A stretch of 64,000 bases of DNA. Source: Kondoa subrosea (taxonomy: Eukaryota). Positions 1-17,524 of this stretch are shown here, in pieces. Position 1 is the first letter of the stretch; every line of letters begins with the position of its first letter. Both the position numbers and the translations under genes were made by a program. The stretch lies in the NCBI GenBank assembly GCA_039545335.1, contig BCIN01000006.1, positions 434,001-498,000 on the forward strand, read 5' to 3'. The notes beneath the pieces were generated by a model that made no database searches, was not told the origin of the DNA, and was given only the letters and a program-made list of their open reading frames with translations.

Positions 1-249
1 CAACTTGAGTGAAACCCGCTGCTGCTATGGCTTGGAGTTTGAGAATTAGTGTATGTCCATCGTGAGCTCCAGCTACATAGTCCTAAGTGAGTTAGATGAA
101 GGATCAATGGGAAGAGCGAGAAACAAACCCGAAGGCGTGCAGTAGCCTAAACGGATCTTGTCTAGCTCTGCTTTGGGTAGCTTGTAAGTCGCCTTGAAGT
201 CTTCGTCCGATATTGACATGCCGGGTAGTGAAAGAGAGAATGAAGGCAT
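1..249 (-). CDS. Hypothetical protein, probable 5' part of a gene running off the window edge
   Basis: ATG at 249 opens MPSFSLSLPGMSISDEDFKATYKLPKAELDKIRLGYC..., followed by an intron-like stretch with a ctaat branch site. No recognisable family. Confidence 0.3.
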
Positions 250-415
250 AATGACGATCACAAGAGGCTTGCTTACGTAATAAAGAGTAATCGGACTCAA
301 GTAAGCTCATAACCAGCCGATAGCACGTCTCAGTTGAATCGTGGAGATATTACAAGCAAAAGAAGGTAAAAGCACTGCCTGAATCTCGTTCGAAGCTGTA
401 CAAGCCAAAGGTAAT

Positions 416-2188
416 CTAATAACCCGCTGGACCCCTGCTGCCCTGTCTCCTCATAGCAGGTGCTCTTCGGCTATGCATCCTCTTACTGAATATTTTAACT
501 TTGATAGATCGACGTTTCTTGTGTGAGCACTTCTTTTTGCTTGCAGTTGAGGCAGAAGAGGTTGAACCATTGCTGCTGAGTTTCCTGGAGGAAGTAGACA
601 CTGTCAGAGATGTTCCAGCAGGTGAGTAATCCGAGTAGGTATCTGGTGCTCCTTTTTGAGATTCAGACATGCCCAACGAGAACTGCACAAGACAAGTCAA
701 CTAGAACTCTTCCATCCACGATATGAGGCTTACCAATTTGGGTGCATCGCCACTTAGACATTGCTCAAGAGCTGAAGGGATACCAACTGCGTAACTACCT
801 TGACAAGCGTTGGCATCTTTGCAAACACCTTCGAAAGTAGGTTTGTCAACTATTCTTGCACTCCATCAGTAATTATCAATGCTAGCCAGCAGATTGATCT
901 CACCAGAGACGTAGGAGCAAGCATTAGCGCTCTTCTCGGAAAGATCTCCGCCCTGTAAGCAACTCGGCAAGATGAAGTTATTATAAACTTCCTAAGCGGT
1001 CTTACTTACCTTGAATAGAGGGCAAGTAGGTTTCGCGCCTGTCGGACCACCGCTAATGACCAAATCTACGCATGCTTTGAAGGGACTGTTGGCTTCTCCC
1101 GAATTACCTGCCCGTCGCCAAATAAGAAAAGAAGTAGATCGCTCAAGATACAATTTTCACGAACCGGAGCCGAAATATATCCATTGAACACTGTAGAGTA
1201 CGATGAATAAATTAATCTAGTTTCCGTGAAATAGCAAAGGGTGACTAACGTGTATTTGCCATCTTCTAACCAGCCAGGGATTTTGAAAGCGCCAGAGCAA
1301 GCGTTGGACCAACCTTTGGAACCATTGGAATCTGGATGGGAGTATCACATGAACATTTACCATTGCAAAAAGCGAACAGAAATCACCTCCTCCGTCCCAA
1401 TCTCCGCGAAAGATTTAGACCAAGCGCTCTCCGTTGGAAGAATACCGAATACTTACTGTTTGGTTGAGATCCACCGTAAGTCGCATCGCATCCATTCTAT
1501 GGAAAGGATCAGAATCGTAGCATTGGTGGTCCAACCTAATTCACCTGGTTGCAATGATACGAAAAGACCGCAGCGTCGAAAGCGCTTTGATCGCCAGATT
1601 CACTCTGAGGCACAATAGAATATCTAATGAATCCACCGACTGTCAATCTCAATGTCAGTGTTCTATGTCGAAAAGAGGCATGAGGTATGAGAATAGACTG
1701 ACCGTGATTGTTTCTCCACCAGGAAGTTTCAACCTCATCACCACGTTTGTAAGTAGTTTGCTTCTTCATGACATCAGAAGAACAGCAAGTAGGGTTTCCA
1801 GAACTGTTTTCCTCCCTCTTAATATACGGTGTGGATTTCGAGAAACCCAAGACGTACCCGAAGTGCTGTTTCCAATGATGGACTCGAGACGTAGTATTGA
1901 CATAGGGCAAGAACGCACACACAAGAGCTCGTTATGACCTTGGCCATCCTCTGTGGTGATGGGAAAACCAAACTTTTCAGTCAAACGAGAAGCTGTAAGA
2001 CACCATCGAAGTCTATCAGCCTGATCAAGCTGATAGCGCTAGGATGCTCTTACCAGGTGAGATGAGATGAGTGCTTTGACCATGCATATCAAACAAAGCG
2101 ACAATATTAGCATACAGGTTCGTACTCACTGTGCTTGAGCTTTCAGTACCAGACTAACAGCGAGTACGAGAGAAGTGATAGAGAGCAT
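416..2188 (-). CDS. Secreted histidine-brace (LPMO-like) protein, paralog A; multi-exon
   Basis: Manual splicing gives the signal peptide MLSITSLVLAVSLVLKAQA, then HTHLISPASRL...LCHFG...TCC...YKRGDEVETSWWRNNHGGGFIRYSIVP...GWSNACSGAFKIPGWLEDGKYTVQWIYFGSG..NSPFKACVDL, a Cys-rich region, a Ser-rich linker and a basic tail (ORF 416-700). It aligns colinearly with 18493-19962. Confidence 0.8.
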
Positions 2189-3246
2189 CTTGACAGAGTT
2201 CTGAGAGGTATCAAAGAATCAAAGTCGGTCTTTCGTTGGAGATGCAAAGTCAAGATGACTTGTTGACCTGTTGAACAGATATAATGAAAGGATGAGAGAA
2301 GCTCAGAGAGAAAAAGACGTGGTGAATCAAGAACAAGACGAAGCAAAACACAACACAACGATATGAGGCCGAAGCGAAAAGAAACATCGAACTTCCTTTC
2401 TGCATGGACTGTTGTTATGCATGAGCTGAAGATGGCGGTGATGATGATGCTGAGGGCTGTTCAAGCAGGACCGTCTCTGGTTGTGAGGTATACATGATGT
2501 TGTTGTGGAGAGCGACATCGGAATGCAGCAGATTGTAGTAAAATGAGCCATAGAGAGCATTGCAACATATATCGACAGGACTGCACTGACTCATGCTGCG
2601 GTACTTAGACCAGGTTTACTATTGTGCTTCTGATGTCGCTTCCGCTGGCAAGTGCAAGATTCTTGTTCCCAATCATACGTAAGGGTGGGCAAGAAGCGCA
2701 TAAAGGAACCGATTGCCATTGTACAATACAGACAAAGCAAAGAGACAATTGGTATGCGATTGTTTTGGGTGAAATGACCAGGTATTATAGTTGATGCCAA
2801 TGCCAATTGATGAAAGCCAAATTGAGTACAATGACGCTGCACAAGTAAAATTACAGATGCAGAGGGAGGCCGAGCAGCCATTTGAGGACTCTAGCACGGA
2901 AGAAGAAAAGAAAACTCGAGACAGAAGTGGAGACCGAAACTGTCAGAGGCTGCACCTAGATTTTGAGGCAATTTGGCAGGCTTTGCCAGCTACTCCTTGA
3001 TGAGTAGGTAGACGAAATACTGTACTGTATTTGCTCGCTGCAATTGAGCTCACCGAGTCCAAGCTATCATTGAATTCATCGAAACTCCTTCAATAGATTC
3101 CGTCGCGTGTGCATCTCGCTCAAAATCAGTAGCCATAGTCCGTGAACATATTGCTGCTCTGTTTGGGTATCGCTTGACGAGGTATATCGCGGTTACTCTC
3201 CAATCTTTCTCGCGTCGAATATTTTTGTTCACTTACAGCGACTGTC

Positions 3247-4213
3247 ATGCAATCGCCTGATCTCTTCTCACGACCTCTATCATCAAACGTATCCAACATC
3301 TTTGATGAATCGCTCGTAGACAATGATTTAAGGTCAAGTGATGGATCTTTTGCTGCTGCTGTTTTAGAAGATCAAACTGTTCGACTGAGCTTGAATGAAG
3401 CACCTAGAACACCTGGAGCGAATATAATTTATCATGGATCTATGAGATCTGATACTCAACAGCAGCCTGAGCCAGAAGCAGCAATAGCGAGTACAAGTAA
3501 AGAAGTCGAAGCGTCTGGCAGTACTCTGACTGGAGATGAAGAGTTGATACTGGAACGAGATCGCTTGAGATCATTGAATGGGATACTAGAAAACACAATC
3601 ACTACTTTCACTTCAGCTCAAGCCAAAATGAAGGTAAGTCTCTCTCTCTCTCTGTGTCTTTCTGCGTCCATGGGCTGATGAATGAATGAGAAAAGAGGTT
3701 TTCTGAAACTATTGCAACAACTCATGATCTTATGGATCTTTATGTCTCACTCTTATCTCAAGCAGAACACAATCAGCGTTTACTTTTGAACCCAGAGTTT
3801 GAAATGGATAAAGATGTGGAACATGTTCTTGCCACTCGTCGAGCTGAAGAAGAACAAGAGGAAGCGAGGTTAAAAGGTTTGAAAGAGAAAGAGGAGCAGG
3901 AAAGAGTGCGGAGAGAGTTAAAAGAGAAGGAAGAACAGGAAGCTGCTTCGTCGAGAAAAAGTGAGTCCTGTTCGGCCAGGAAACTCGTTCACGCTGATTT
4001 GGATTGCCAGCGGCTCCATCTATATCGAGAGGAACAAGTAGAGGAAGAGGTAGAGGGACAATCAGAGGATCGGTTCCTGTCAAGAAAGCAGATCCAGCAG
4101 CAACATCGAGCATACCTGGTCGAGGCTCAGCAGTCGTTACTGGCGTAAGAGGTGTAAGAGGTCTTCGGTCAAGAGTTGCTACACGCGGAAGAGGAACAAC
4201 TCGAGGCGACTGA
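3247..4213 (+). CDS. DUO1: DASH/Dam1 kinetochore complex subunit Duo1
   Basis: LERDRLRSLNGILENTITTFTSAQAKMK...LMDLYVSLLSQAEHNQRLLLNPEF matches the DASH_Duo1 domain pattern, followed by a coiled coil and an RG-rich tail. Two introns. Confidence 0.8.
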
Positions 4214-4736
4214 TCGATTTTAGTCATTCGAAGTGTTCAAAGTATCGTTTGAAACAGAGCGTATATGCCCGTCAGAAGAATGCTATCATCTCAAGATGGA
4301 TCTAGCATCGCATAATGTCTAAAGCAACACGAAGTGGTCGTACTTGTGTAGGTCTTTGGTTTCGAAATTATTCGAGTACCGCTGACACCTCGTTATGCTA
4401 ATAGATGATCTATAGCTTTGTACAAAGGTTGATAAAAGACTAACAAGCTAGTCATGCATATCTTCGGACTTCATGAAGCTTTGCAAGGGTAGAAGTTTGA
4501 GCATCTGCCATCCATGAGGCAAGATTTTGGAGACAGTAGCGAGACTATTGAAATATGATCTTCAACTGTGCACTGTAGAGCGTTGCGGATGCGATTGAAG
4601 CTGACATCTTGACAACTTTGCCAGACCAGAAAAACAGCACCTTGATCTCGAGCCACGATTTCATCTCTTGTTCACATACCAGCTGGGAGTCGAGCACTCC
4701 ACCCCTGGTTCTCAGACACACACACGATATACCCAG

Positions 4737-9610
<4,874 letters not shown>

Positions 9611-10720
9611 AGTCAGAGTCCTGTAAAGCTGTACATCTGTGTCAATCGTGCATATTGCTGTGGCCTGTAGCAGCTCATCTCTTAGGCAACTCAAACGCAA
9701 GTTGCCCCGCGGAGACTCATAATTTCGCCCGATTTCATCCTTGCACTGTATCTTCCATTTCAAACATGAGCTTGAATCCTCCTGAGACTGCTACTGGTCG
9801 GTTTGGACATTCCACACAGCCAGCATTATATCTGATCCATCGTTAATGACAGGTTTGGTCATTCTGTGAGTTGCCCGCGTAATGCAAAGTGTCTCGTCCT
9901 CAAATGGTTCCGCGACTAACAGGATCGCTACTCTTGAAGCGAAAGATGATGCAGCTGCGACCAAACTGCAGACTATGCTGACCAACAGTCCGTTATAGTC
10001 GCACTTGCCTCGAACCAAGATCTGACCTTCCGTATAGTCAAAGAGGATGCGAAAGCCAACGAGACTGGTACCTTGACTTACAGAACCCGTAGGACGCGGT
10101 ATATATGCCATGTGATTTGGCTCATGATGTACGCTGTCCCACAGAACGACACAAGGATGTCGATACTGGCTTCTCAAACACCTTTGTTGTGTATGAGGTC
10201 AGTCAGAGTACTATGCTAGCCGTATTGTCGCTGATTTCGTATTCTCATTTGCAGGAATACAGGGGCTGTGAGTGCCTCACTGGCGGGTTGAATTCCAGCA
10301 GCGCTGATTGATGTGCGATATAGCTGATGCTGTTAAAGCGTAAGAATGGCCATCGAATGGCTGCCAGAATGCTGATGTTTCCTTTCATTGAACAGCCATG
10401 GCGAAGGTTAGATCACAGTTTTTTCCCTATGACACCATACTTATTTTATCTGTATAGGAAAAGAGTTCAAGAAGCTCATCGAAGCAGTACAGAGCGAGCA
10501 GCTCGCTACTGTAGACATCAAGTAAGAAAGCCCCGCGTGTTCACTCTGCTTGCTGATGTGGTGCTTGCTTCTAGATTCTTCCGTAGGTTGTGTGACAATG
10601 TTTTAGGGTGCTGCTCATGCCTTTGTGCTGTATTCAGAGGAGTTCTAAGCCAGATTGAATTATATTGTATGTTGAACGCTACAGTACACCGAGAGTCTTG
10701 CGCAAGGAAATGTCTCAATA

Positions 10721-11992
10721 CATGAGCTATCATGTGATCAGTATTCCAATGTCCTTGTACTGGAGGCTCGCAATCCGGAGCAAGAAATGACAGGGTGACG
10801 CGATCCTTACGTAATCATGTCGAATCAGCAAATTGTTCTTGTCCTGCTTTGATCATTCCAATTATCCAGCTGAAACTCTCAAACAGCCTCAGATTCGATT
10901 CAAGTGGGCTTTCAGCCGAAGTAACTAAAGCCTCATCCTTGATTCTGACCCATACCAGTTCTAGCTGCTCAATATGTCTAGTGACCAAACATCTCAACCG
11001 AGTACCAGTGGATCTTACTTGCCCTTCTCTGCTGTAAGTAACGATCTGAATTCTGGCTTGTCGCTGTGTTCTGATATGTTTTCAGGTCTGCGAGCATTTG
11101 CATGGTGAATCGCTTGTTGCCTCTTTAGGCTTAATATTGAATTGATCTTAGCTGTTCATGCTTACGCGCATAACCCTGCCAAGCAAATTGAGGCTCACCA
11201 TTACTGTCATTGCATTGCGCCAGATCAAAGACAATGTAAGCTTTCCGATATCGCTCTAATGATTACGAAGATGAAGCTGTGGCAGGTGTATTGTATGACT
11301 CGGATGCGGCTAATGCACGATTGATCGGCATAGAATATATGGTTCATGAAGATCTTTTTGCTGTTCGTTCGGTCTTCCCATCTATTATCATTTTGCGCTG
11401 ATAAAGATACAGACTTTCGATGAGGAAGAAAAGAAGATGTGGCATTCACATGTGTGAGTGTGTCAGCAACTGATCAATTGAGTAGAACTGGAAAATAACG
11501 ACAGGTATGAAGTCAAATCGGGTATGCTTGTCTTAATCAAGCCAACACTAGTACCGGAAACAGTATGGGAGGCGGCTGAGAGCAAAGCTCTTGAGCCAAT
11601 CATGCGATGGTCAGATATTGTACGCTGCGATTGATCATTAAGCTGATTCATCAATCAGGTATGGCAAAGTTTATCATTTCTGCGAACCAGGTAAGTGGAG
11701 TCTTCTTCAGCGAGCATACAATCTCAGAGATCATAGGCGGAATGCCCTTTGGTCCGCCAAAACTGATGACCAGCGTGACGAGCGAAGAAATGATGGACAA
11801 AGAGTTGATCAGGAAACGCAACGAAAGAATGGGAATCGACATGGAGCATAAGAGAAACATAAGAGCGCACTTTATAGAGCCAAAGATAGATCCAAGTAAG
11901 TCCCTTGTGAGCGAAGCATGAGACAAAGCTAAAGCTCGATCTCAGTGGCTGACAGAGCTGGAGAATGGTTGAAGAGCAATCAATCTCAATAG
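10721..11992 (+). CDS. DUF1264 / oil-body-associated-protein-like protein (5' end uncertain)
   Basis: Spliced exons give HAYAHNPAKQIEAHHYCH..RQC.LYDSDAANARLIGIEYM...EEEKKMWHSH.YEVKSGML...YGKVYHF, the DUF1264 signature. Confidence 0.8.
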
Positions 11993-12021
11993 TCATGCAG
12001 TCTAACATCTAGCGCTTTCTT

Positions 12022-15000
12022 TCAATTGCTCCTAAGCAGTCTTAGTTCCACTCTGGTACTCCCTATTAATCAGGACCAGGTTCAGCTGGTCTGCAATCCA
12101 CTGAAATCGAGAGACTTACCTCAATGCCATCATTGCTTCTTCAACCCTGCGATAAGAGGCTTCAAGATCGGCTCTCTTCAATGCCACCGCTTTGTTTTCG
12201 CTCAGCCATTCTGCAGCAAGATGACCAAATTCAGGATCTGAAAACTTGAGACCTGACTGGAGTTGAGGGAACAAAGAGTGACTGAGTTCACGGATCAGGG
12301 AAGTATCGATCACTCGAGGAAGCATATCGATTATACGCTTGAAAGCGATCTAGTGTAGTTGATGAGTTCCGAGCAGTAAGACAGAAAGAAAACACTGACT
12401 TGAAGATAAGCCCTAGTTTCGGCCGCGACTTCCAGTTCTTCAATCCATTGGTCAGTAGGTCTGAGTTTCGCCAACTCTTCTTCTTTGACGTTGATTCCCA
12501 AGGCAGCCAAAGCGCTCAAAGCATTGGCGACGTGAGTTTCGGCAGATACTGTGCCGACTATCGTTGACAGCTTTGTATGTCGTCTCTCATTGAAGTTGGT
12601 CAAGAGCTTGTCGCGTGTATCGGAGAAGTAATGTGTATTGGCGGTATAGGGATGCAATTCGAGTTTTGCTAGATATGCAAGCTGGCCAGCTGCCTCCAAA
12701 ACGAGCTGATCGATCAGATCGTTCACCACGGTGCTAGAGTATAGAGTAAGCTCATTATAGCGCCCGATGCGTTATACTTACCTGATGGCGCTAGTGAGAA
12801 AGGTTTCCTTGAACCGGCCAAAGTGTTTCTCTACTAGTTCATCCATTGCTCCCCTTACTTTCGGAACGATATCTTCTAAGCAGACTTGCATTCTATGAGG
12901 CCACTGTTGAGTACTATTCTTGATCAACGCCATTTTCGCTGGCGGTGGCACATCTGTAATGGAGCTTAGTAAATACCGAGACATACTCCTCAGTGCATAC
13001 TATGAGGTAGTTCTCGAGTGCATGAGCTGTGTTTCCGATTAGGCTGCATCAAGAAATGTTCGCGAAGAAATACTCACTCTTGAATGATCTTTCGGACCTG
13101 GTCCAAGTACAGTCGAGGCCTTGGCGTCTTCAATTTATCGGCATCGTCAAATGATTCGATGAGAAAACTAGGTTCGCCTCCTTGTTGCTGAATAGGAGCA
13201 TCGCTCTTTGTCCAAGGCATGTATAGTGGTATCATAGAGCGGACGGAGCTAACGAAAGCAGCATGATCAATCTTGAGAGATTGTACGAAAGCTTCTCGCC
13301 CTTCTGAGCCTTTGACCAGCTCGAGGACTTCGGCGTTGAAATCCAGCAACATTGCCAACAACTCTTGTTGAGGATCGGCGGAGGGAGCTGAAGGTAAGGC
13401 ATTCTTCTCTGCTTGTAGTCGACGTGCATGCTCTTTGACCTCCAGAGATAAACTTGGAAGACTGCAGATGATCGGTCTATTACGCACGATCCAGGATTAA
13501 GCAGCATTGTCGACATACCGTTCGTTGATTTTGCGCGTGAGCAGCTCGCTCAAAGTTGCAACAAGATTGATTGTACCCAATTTTGAGGCAGTGTCAGAAG
13601 AGCGGCTGAGTGTCGCCCAAGGTTCGACAGTCTGAAAGAAGGTTGCTTCAATCTTGCGAGCTTCCGCGTGGGAGATATCGTCCTGGAGCTCTTTTAGATT
13701 TGGCTGACGAGCGACCTATTGAAAGTATTCGATACCGATCACAACCCTGTAGGTATTACTTACAAAGCAACCATGCACCAGTTTTGGCTTTTGATTTAAG
13801 ATGACTGGCATCCATTTGCGGTCTTCGCCAGTCTGGAGTGTATCAGGCTTAGTGAGTATGCCTAAGCGATCCATTAGAATTGGATCATCGAAAAGAGGAC
13901 TACGAACGGATAGTTCGTTGACCTTCCGGATCGACCTTTCCTGCGATGGACACAGCTGCTTGATTTTCCAAATCATCTGAATACGCAAATGTCAAGATAA
14001 TGCTAAAAAAGGAGTACACAACTCGACCCGACCTTTCATCGTTATAGCCAGCAAGATAATACAGTTTTCGTCTTTGATGAATTTGTCGACAAGCCCTTTG
14101 ATCAAGACAACTTGACGGTCGTCTCCACTCTGGATGATACCAGGTAAGTCGACCAAAGAAAGATCGACGACATCCGGACCACTAATGTAAACTGATAGAC
14201 ATGATTAGGATCACAGAGAGCGTGTGCAGACGAAGACTAACCCATGACCATATTCTCGCTGAACTCGTATTGACATGAAGACTCGAGAGGCGCTTTGCCA
14301 TCTTCGAGCTTATCGATATCCAAGCTCTTGAACTTTTCTGGTGCGACTGAAGGATTCAATATAGCAAGTTGAGCACGTCGTAAGATCTGGGCGACCATTC
14401 TTGGATCAGAAGTGCGGTCAAAAGGAACATTCTTGGTGATATCCAATTGAGTATTGTTGCGGTCGTCAACTTCGAACCGAAGCGAAACTTCGCATAGCCA
14501 TGGCGCATCTTTGTGTGACATCTCGACGTCTATTCAACGAGATTTAGAGATAGTCATTGAGCACCTCGCAGGTAGCATACCAGTCGGGCATCGGGTACAA
14601 GTGCCTGTAAAACATTTAAGGCAGAAACAGGCGAAACGTAATGAAGATCATACCATCAGCCCTTGGTAGATTGATCTAGAGCATCGTCAGCTTGAAAAAA
14701 TGCTAGCGAGTCATCCGACTGACACCGGAGATACCTGCATTAGATTAGAATAGATCTGATTACTTATGGCAAGTTTCTCTCACCTTCAATGAGAGAGGAT
14801 TTGCCAGCACTTTGATTGCCAATAACGGCAATACGAGGCTATTCAGGAAGATTGCAGTCAGGTTATGCATCCTTCGCTCAGTCTTGCCTACCAAGCTAAT
14901 GTTGAGGTTGCTCTCTACACCTGATGCCCGAATGCGATCCATAAGCTTGTTGAGCTGTCCTTGACGAAGAGCATAGTTGGAGCTGCTGAGCGACTTGATT

Positions 15001-15098
15001 GGATCCTCATGAGTGCCGTTGCTTTCGTGCTTGACACCATTGACGTTTGCTTTATTGGGTTTGATCTCTGTGACCATCTTCCTTCCCTTCTTGGTCAT
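12022..15098 (-). CDS. Mx-like dynamin-superfamily GTPase
   Basis: G1 PRIAVIGNQSAGKSSLIE, G2 GTCTRCP, G3 LVDLPGII and G4 GILTKPD are present. A middle stalk follows, then a GED-like C-terminus (HPYTANTHYFSDTR; EVAAETRAYLQV..FKRIIDMLPRVID). Confidence 0.85.
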
Positions 15099-15375
15099 GC
15101 ACGAGAAGAAAGACAGAAATTGAAAGATTCAAATTTTCGCTTCACATAAAGCCGCAGCAAAAGAAGGCGAAGAAAGAAGCCTAGCAAGCGTTGTGCGGAT
15201 ATAGCACGAAGGAAGAACAATTGACAGATTAAAAGAGAAACAATTGTCCGAGTGCAGACAATTGCTGCAATGACAAGGGCAATGAGAGCAGGAGATTGGA
15301 GAGAGTGCAAGTGTGAGCAGCCAAAACATCGCGAACTTCGGCTCCTTGCATCCATCAACAATCACCTTCAACACA

Positions 15376-15990
15376 TTACTGCATCACATCTCGGACCATC
15401 GCAGAATCCAGGTAAGCTCTGACTTCATCGAACTTGCTTCCGTTCCATCTGAGGACCCAGCAATAGCGATTATCAAACCTATATTTACTGTCAGAAAAGC
15501 GAATCATGAATCTTAAACTCACCCTGTGCCATTCTTTCCTTTCGGAACCGACCCATCGGCAGTCACTAGCAGCTCAGTTTAGCGAGAGCCGATCCACAAG
15601 CAGCCTATTGCGTACCTGCTTTTAGTTCGACTACAGCATAATCTCCAGCTACTATGGGCTCGGCGATCAAGGATAGCCGAATTTGCTCCTACTAGAGCGT
15701 GAAAGGTAGTAAAGTTTGAAGAAATAGGATGTACAGTCAGCTTCTCGCCCAAAGGCTTGAATGTAGCCTCTTTGAAGCTATCAACAGAGTTGTAATGACC
15801 AGCTAGAGGATGAGACTTGATCTTTGGATTTGTAACCGTCTGCAAGCAATTGTGAGCAGAAGAACAGAAGCATCGCAGGATGACCGACCCAGCTGACATC
15901 TTCCGCAACATGTGCAAAGAACTCGTCAGATTTCCCAACTGACAATCCAGCAAACATAGACTTGACGCTCTCGGGTGTGAGTTTCGACAT
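15376..15990 (-). CDS. SnoaL/NTF2-like (ketosteroid-isomerase-like) small protein
   Basis: FFAHVAEDVSW.V..HPLAGHYNS and C-terminal FDNRYCWVLRW....DEVRAYLDSAMV are typical of SnoaL-like proteins. Confidence 0.75.
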
Positions 15991-16455
15991 TCCGTTCAAC
16001 GGGAATCAAAGAGAGAACAGATGGGAGACAGAGAGACAGTAGACTGATACAAAAACGAATCAACAAGCGGACTCCGGAGCAGGTCAATAGCTGACTTCGA
16101 GCTTTGCAATCGCGTTTGATTCAAGGCAGCCGGACAATCTCTTTCAGCAGCGCGCTAAACAGAGATGCTTGGAATTCTGCAGAAAAGAATTAGAAGAGCT
16201 ACGCAAGACAGTCACGGTCTCAGACAACCTCCATTCATCGAGCTCTGGAGTAGCTCTTGACCAAAGTCGACAAACCATGCTCTGTCATCAGTGAACATGG
16301 ATAGTGGATAGCGCAAGCTATTGTACAGATCTATGAACTGTTCAAGAAGCTTGCAGCACATTTGGACTCATTGAATCTCCGGCTTTACGTAATACTTTGC
16401 TTTTACGTGTTCTGTCGCTTCTCTGCTTCTTTTCTCGCACAGTGAAGACCTCATC

Positions 16456-17524
16456 ATGTTGAAAGACAGCGCCTTCATCACACGCTTGCCTCAAGAAGTT
16501 TTGCTCTTGCTTCGGCCTTATCTGTCCATTGCATCTTTAGTGCATCTCTCACGCAGCAATCATTTCTTGCGCCAGATCTTCTGGGAAGAGAATGCTGTCA
16601 AAGCTGCTTGCTTTGCTAGAGGTGTTTCTCGCCCCCTGTCAGAGCTGTCGAAATCGAACAAGAAACCTCAAATCCCTGACTACCGAACACTGGCAGTAAT
16701 CATGGTCCATCATGTGGTGACGAAGAAATGCATTAATGTGCCACGATGTTATCAATCGAGACTGCGGTGAGTATATTACCGCCAGTGCATAAGCAAACAC
16801 TGATAATAACGTTCCAGGCGATTACTTCAAGACACTCATCACGCGCGAAATGGCTTCCAGTATGTCTCAAGATGAACTTCCTAATTGGTTCAGCTCAACC
16901 AAGAAGATTTGCATGAGTTCTTACCGCAAGTTGAAAGACGGAGAACTATTTCTACGTTTAAATCAAGATTACATTCCAAGCGAATTCAAAGACAGTAACG
17001 GGTCGTACGATGAACTCGATTGGGTTCCTCTGCTTGATCACCCACCTGTTGCTTATTCACACTGCACCGATAAACCTATTCTGGAATTTACTTTCGCCGG
17101 ACCTAGACCATGGTTCGGTGAAATGTACAATGAAGAGGGCTGTACAAATCTGGACTATGTACAGATCTTGTTGATCGGTAAGCTGTCACGGTAAATATCT
17201 GTGTTCAAAGCTGATACCGTCATACAGGCATTGGCGGAATTCTACGAAGAGAAGCAAATGTGATGCTGCAAATACGTGATTGCAGAGACATAAAGCAGTA
17301 CGTGCAGCAACTCAACATTCATGGCAATTCACACGCGATGCAAGATCCTGAAGAATTGGCTCGAGTGATTACTGTATTGGGTTCGCAGTATGTGCGTTGA
17401 CTATTTCTCTTATATCATGGAGAAGATCTCATTGGTTCCGTTGTAGCTGGGTGATAGAAGGCATTTCACTCATTTTCACAAATTGAACCGCGATCTCGTT
17501 TGTGATGCTCACTTCAATAGCTGA
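16456..17524 (+). CDS. F-box-like domain protein
   Basis: N-terminal ITRLPQEVLLLLRPYLSIASLVHLSRSNHFLRQI fits the F-box consensus. Three introns, and the remainder is unrecognised. Confidence 0.6.

Noticed and set aside
2327..3232. ORFs and CGCG (MCB-like) words between LPMO paralog A and DUO1
   Set aside because: The ORFs are short with no recognisable motifs, and the CGCG words are too short to support a regulatory call without comparative data.
9655..10733. Short ORFs between PRP16 and DUF1264, some hydrophobic
   Set aside because: I could not build a consistent spliced reading frame or recognise a family. A degenerate gene cannot be excluded.
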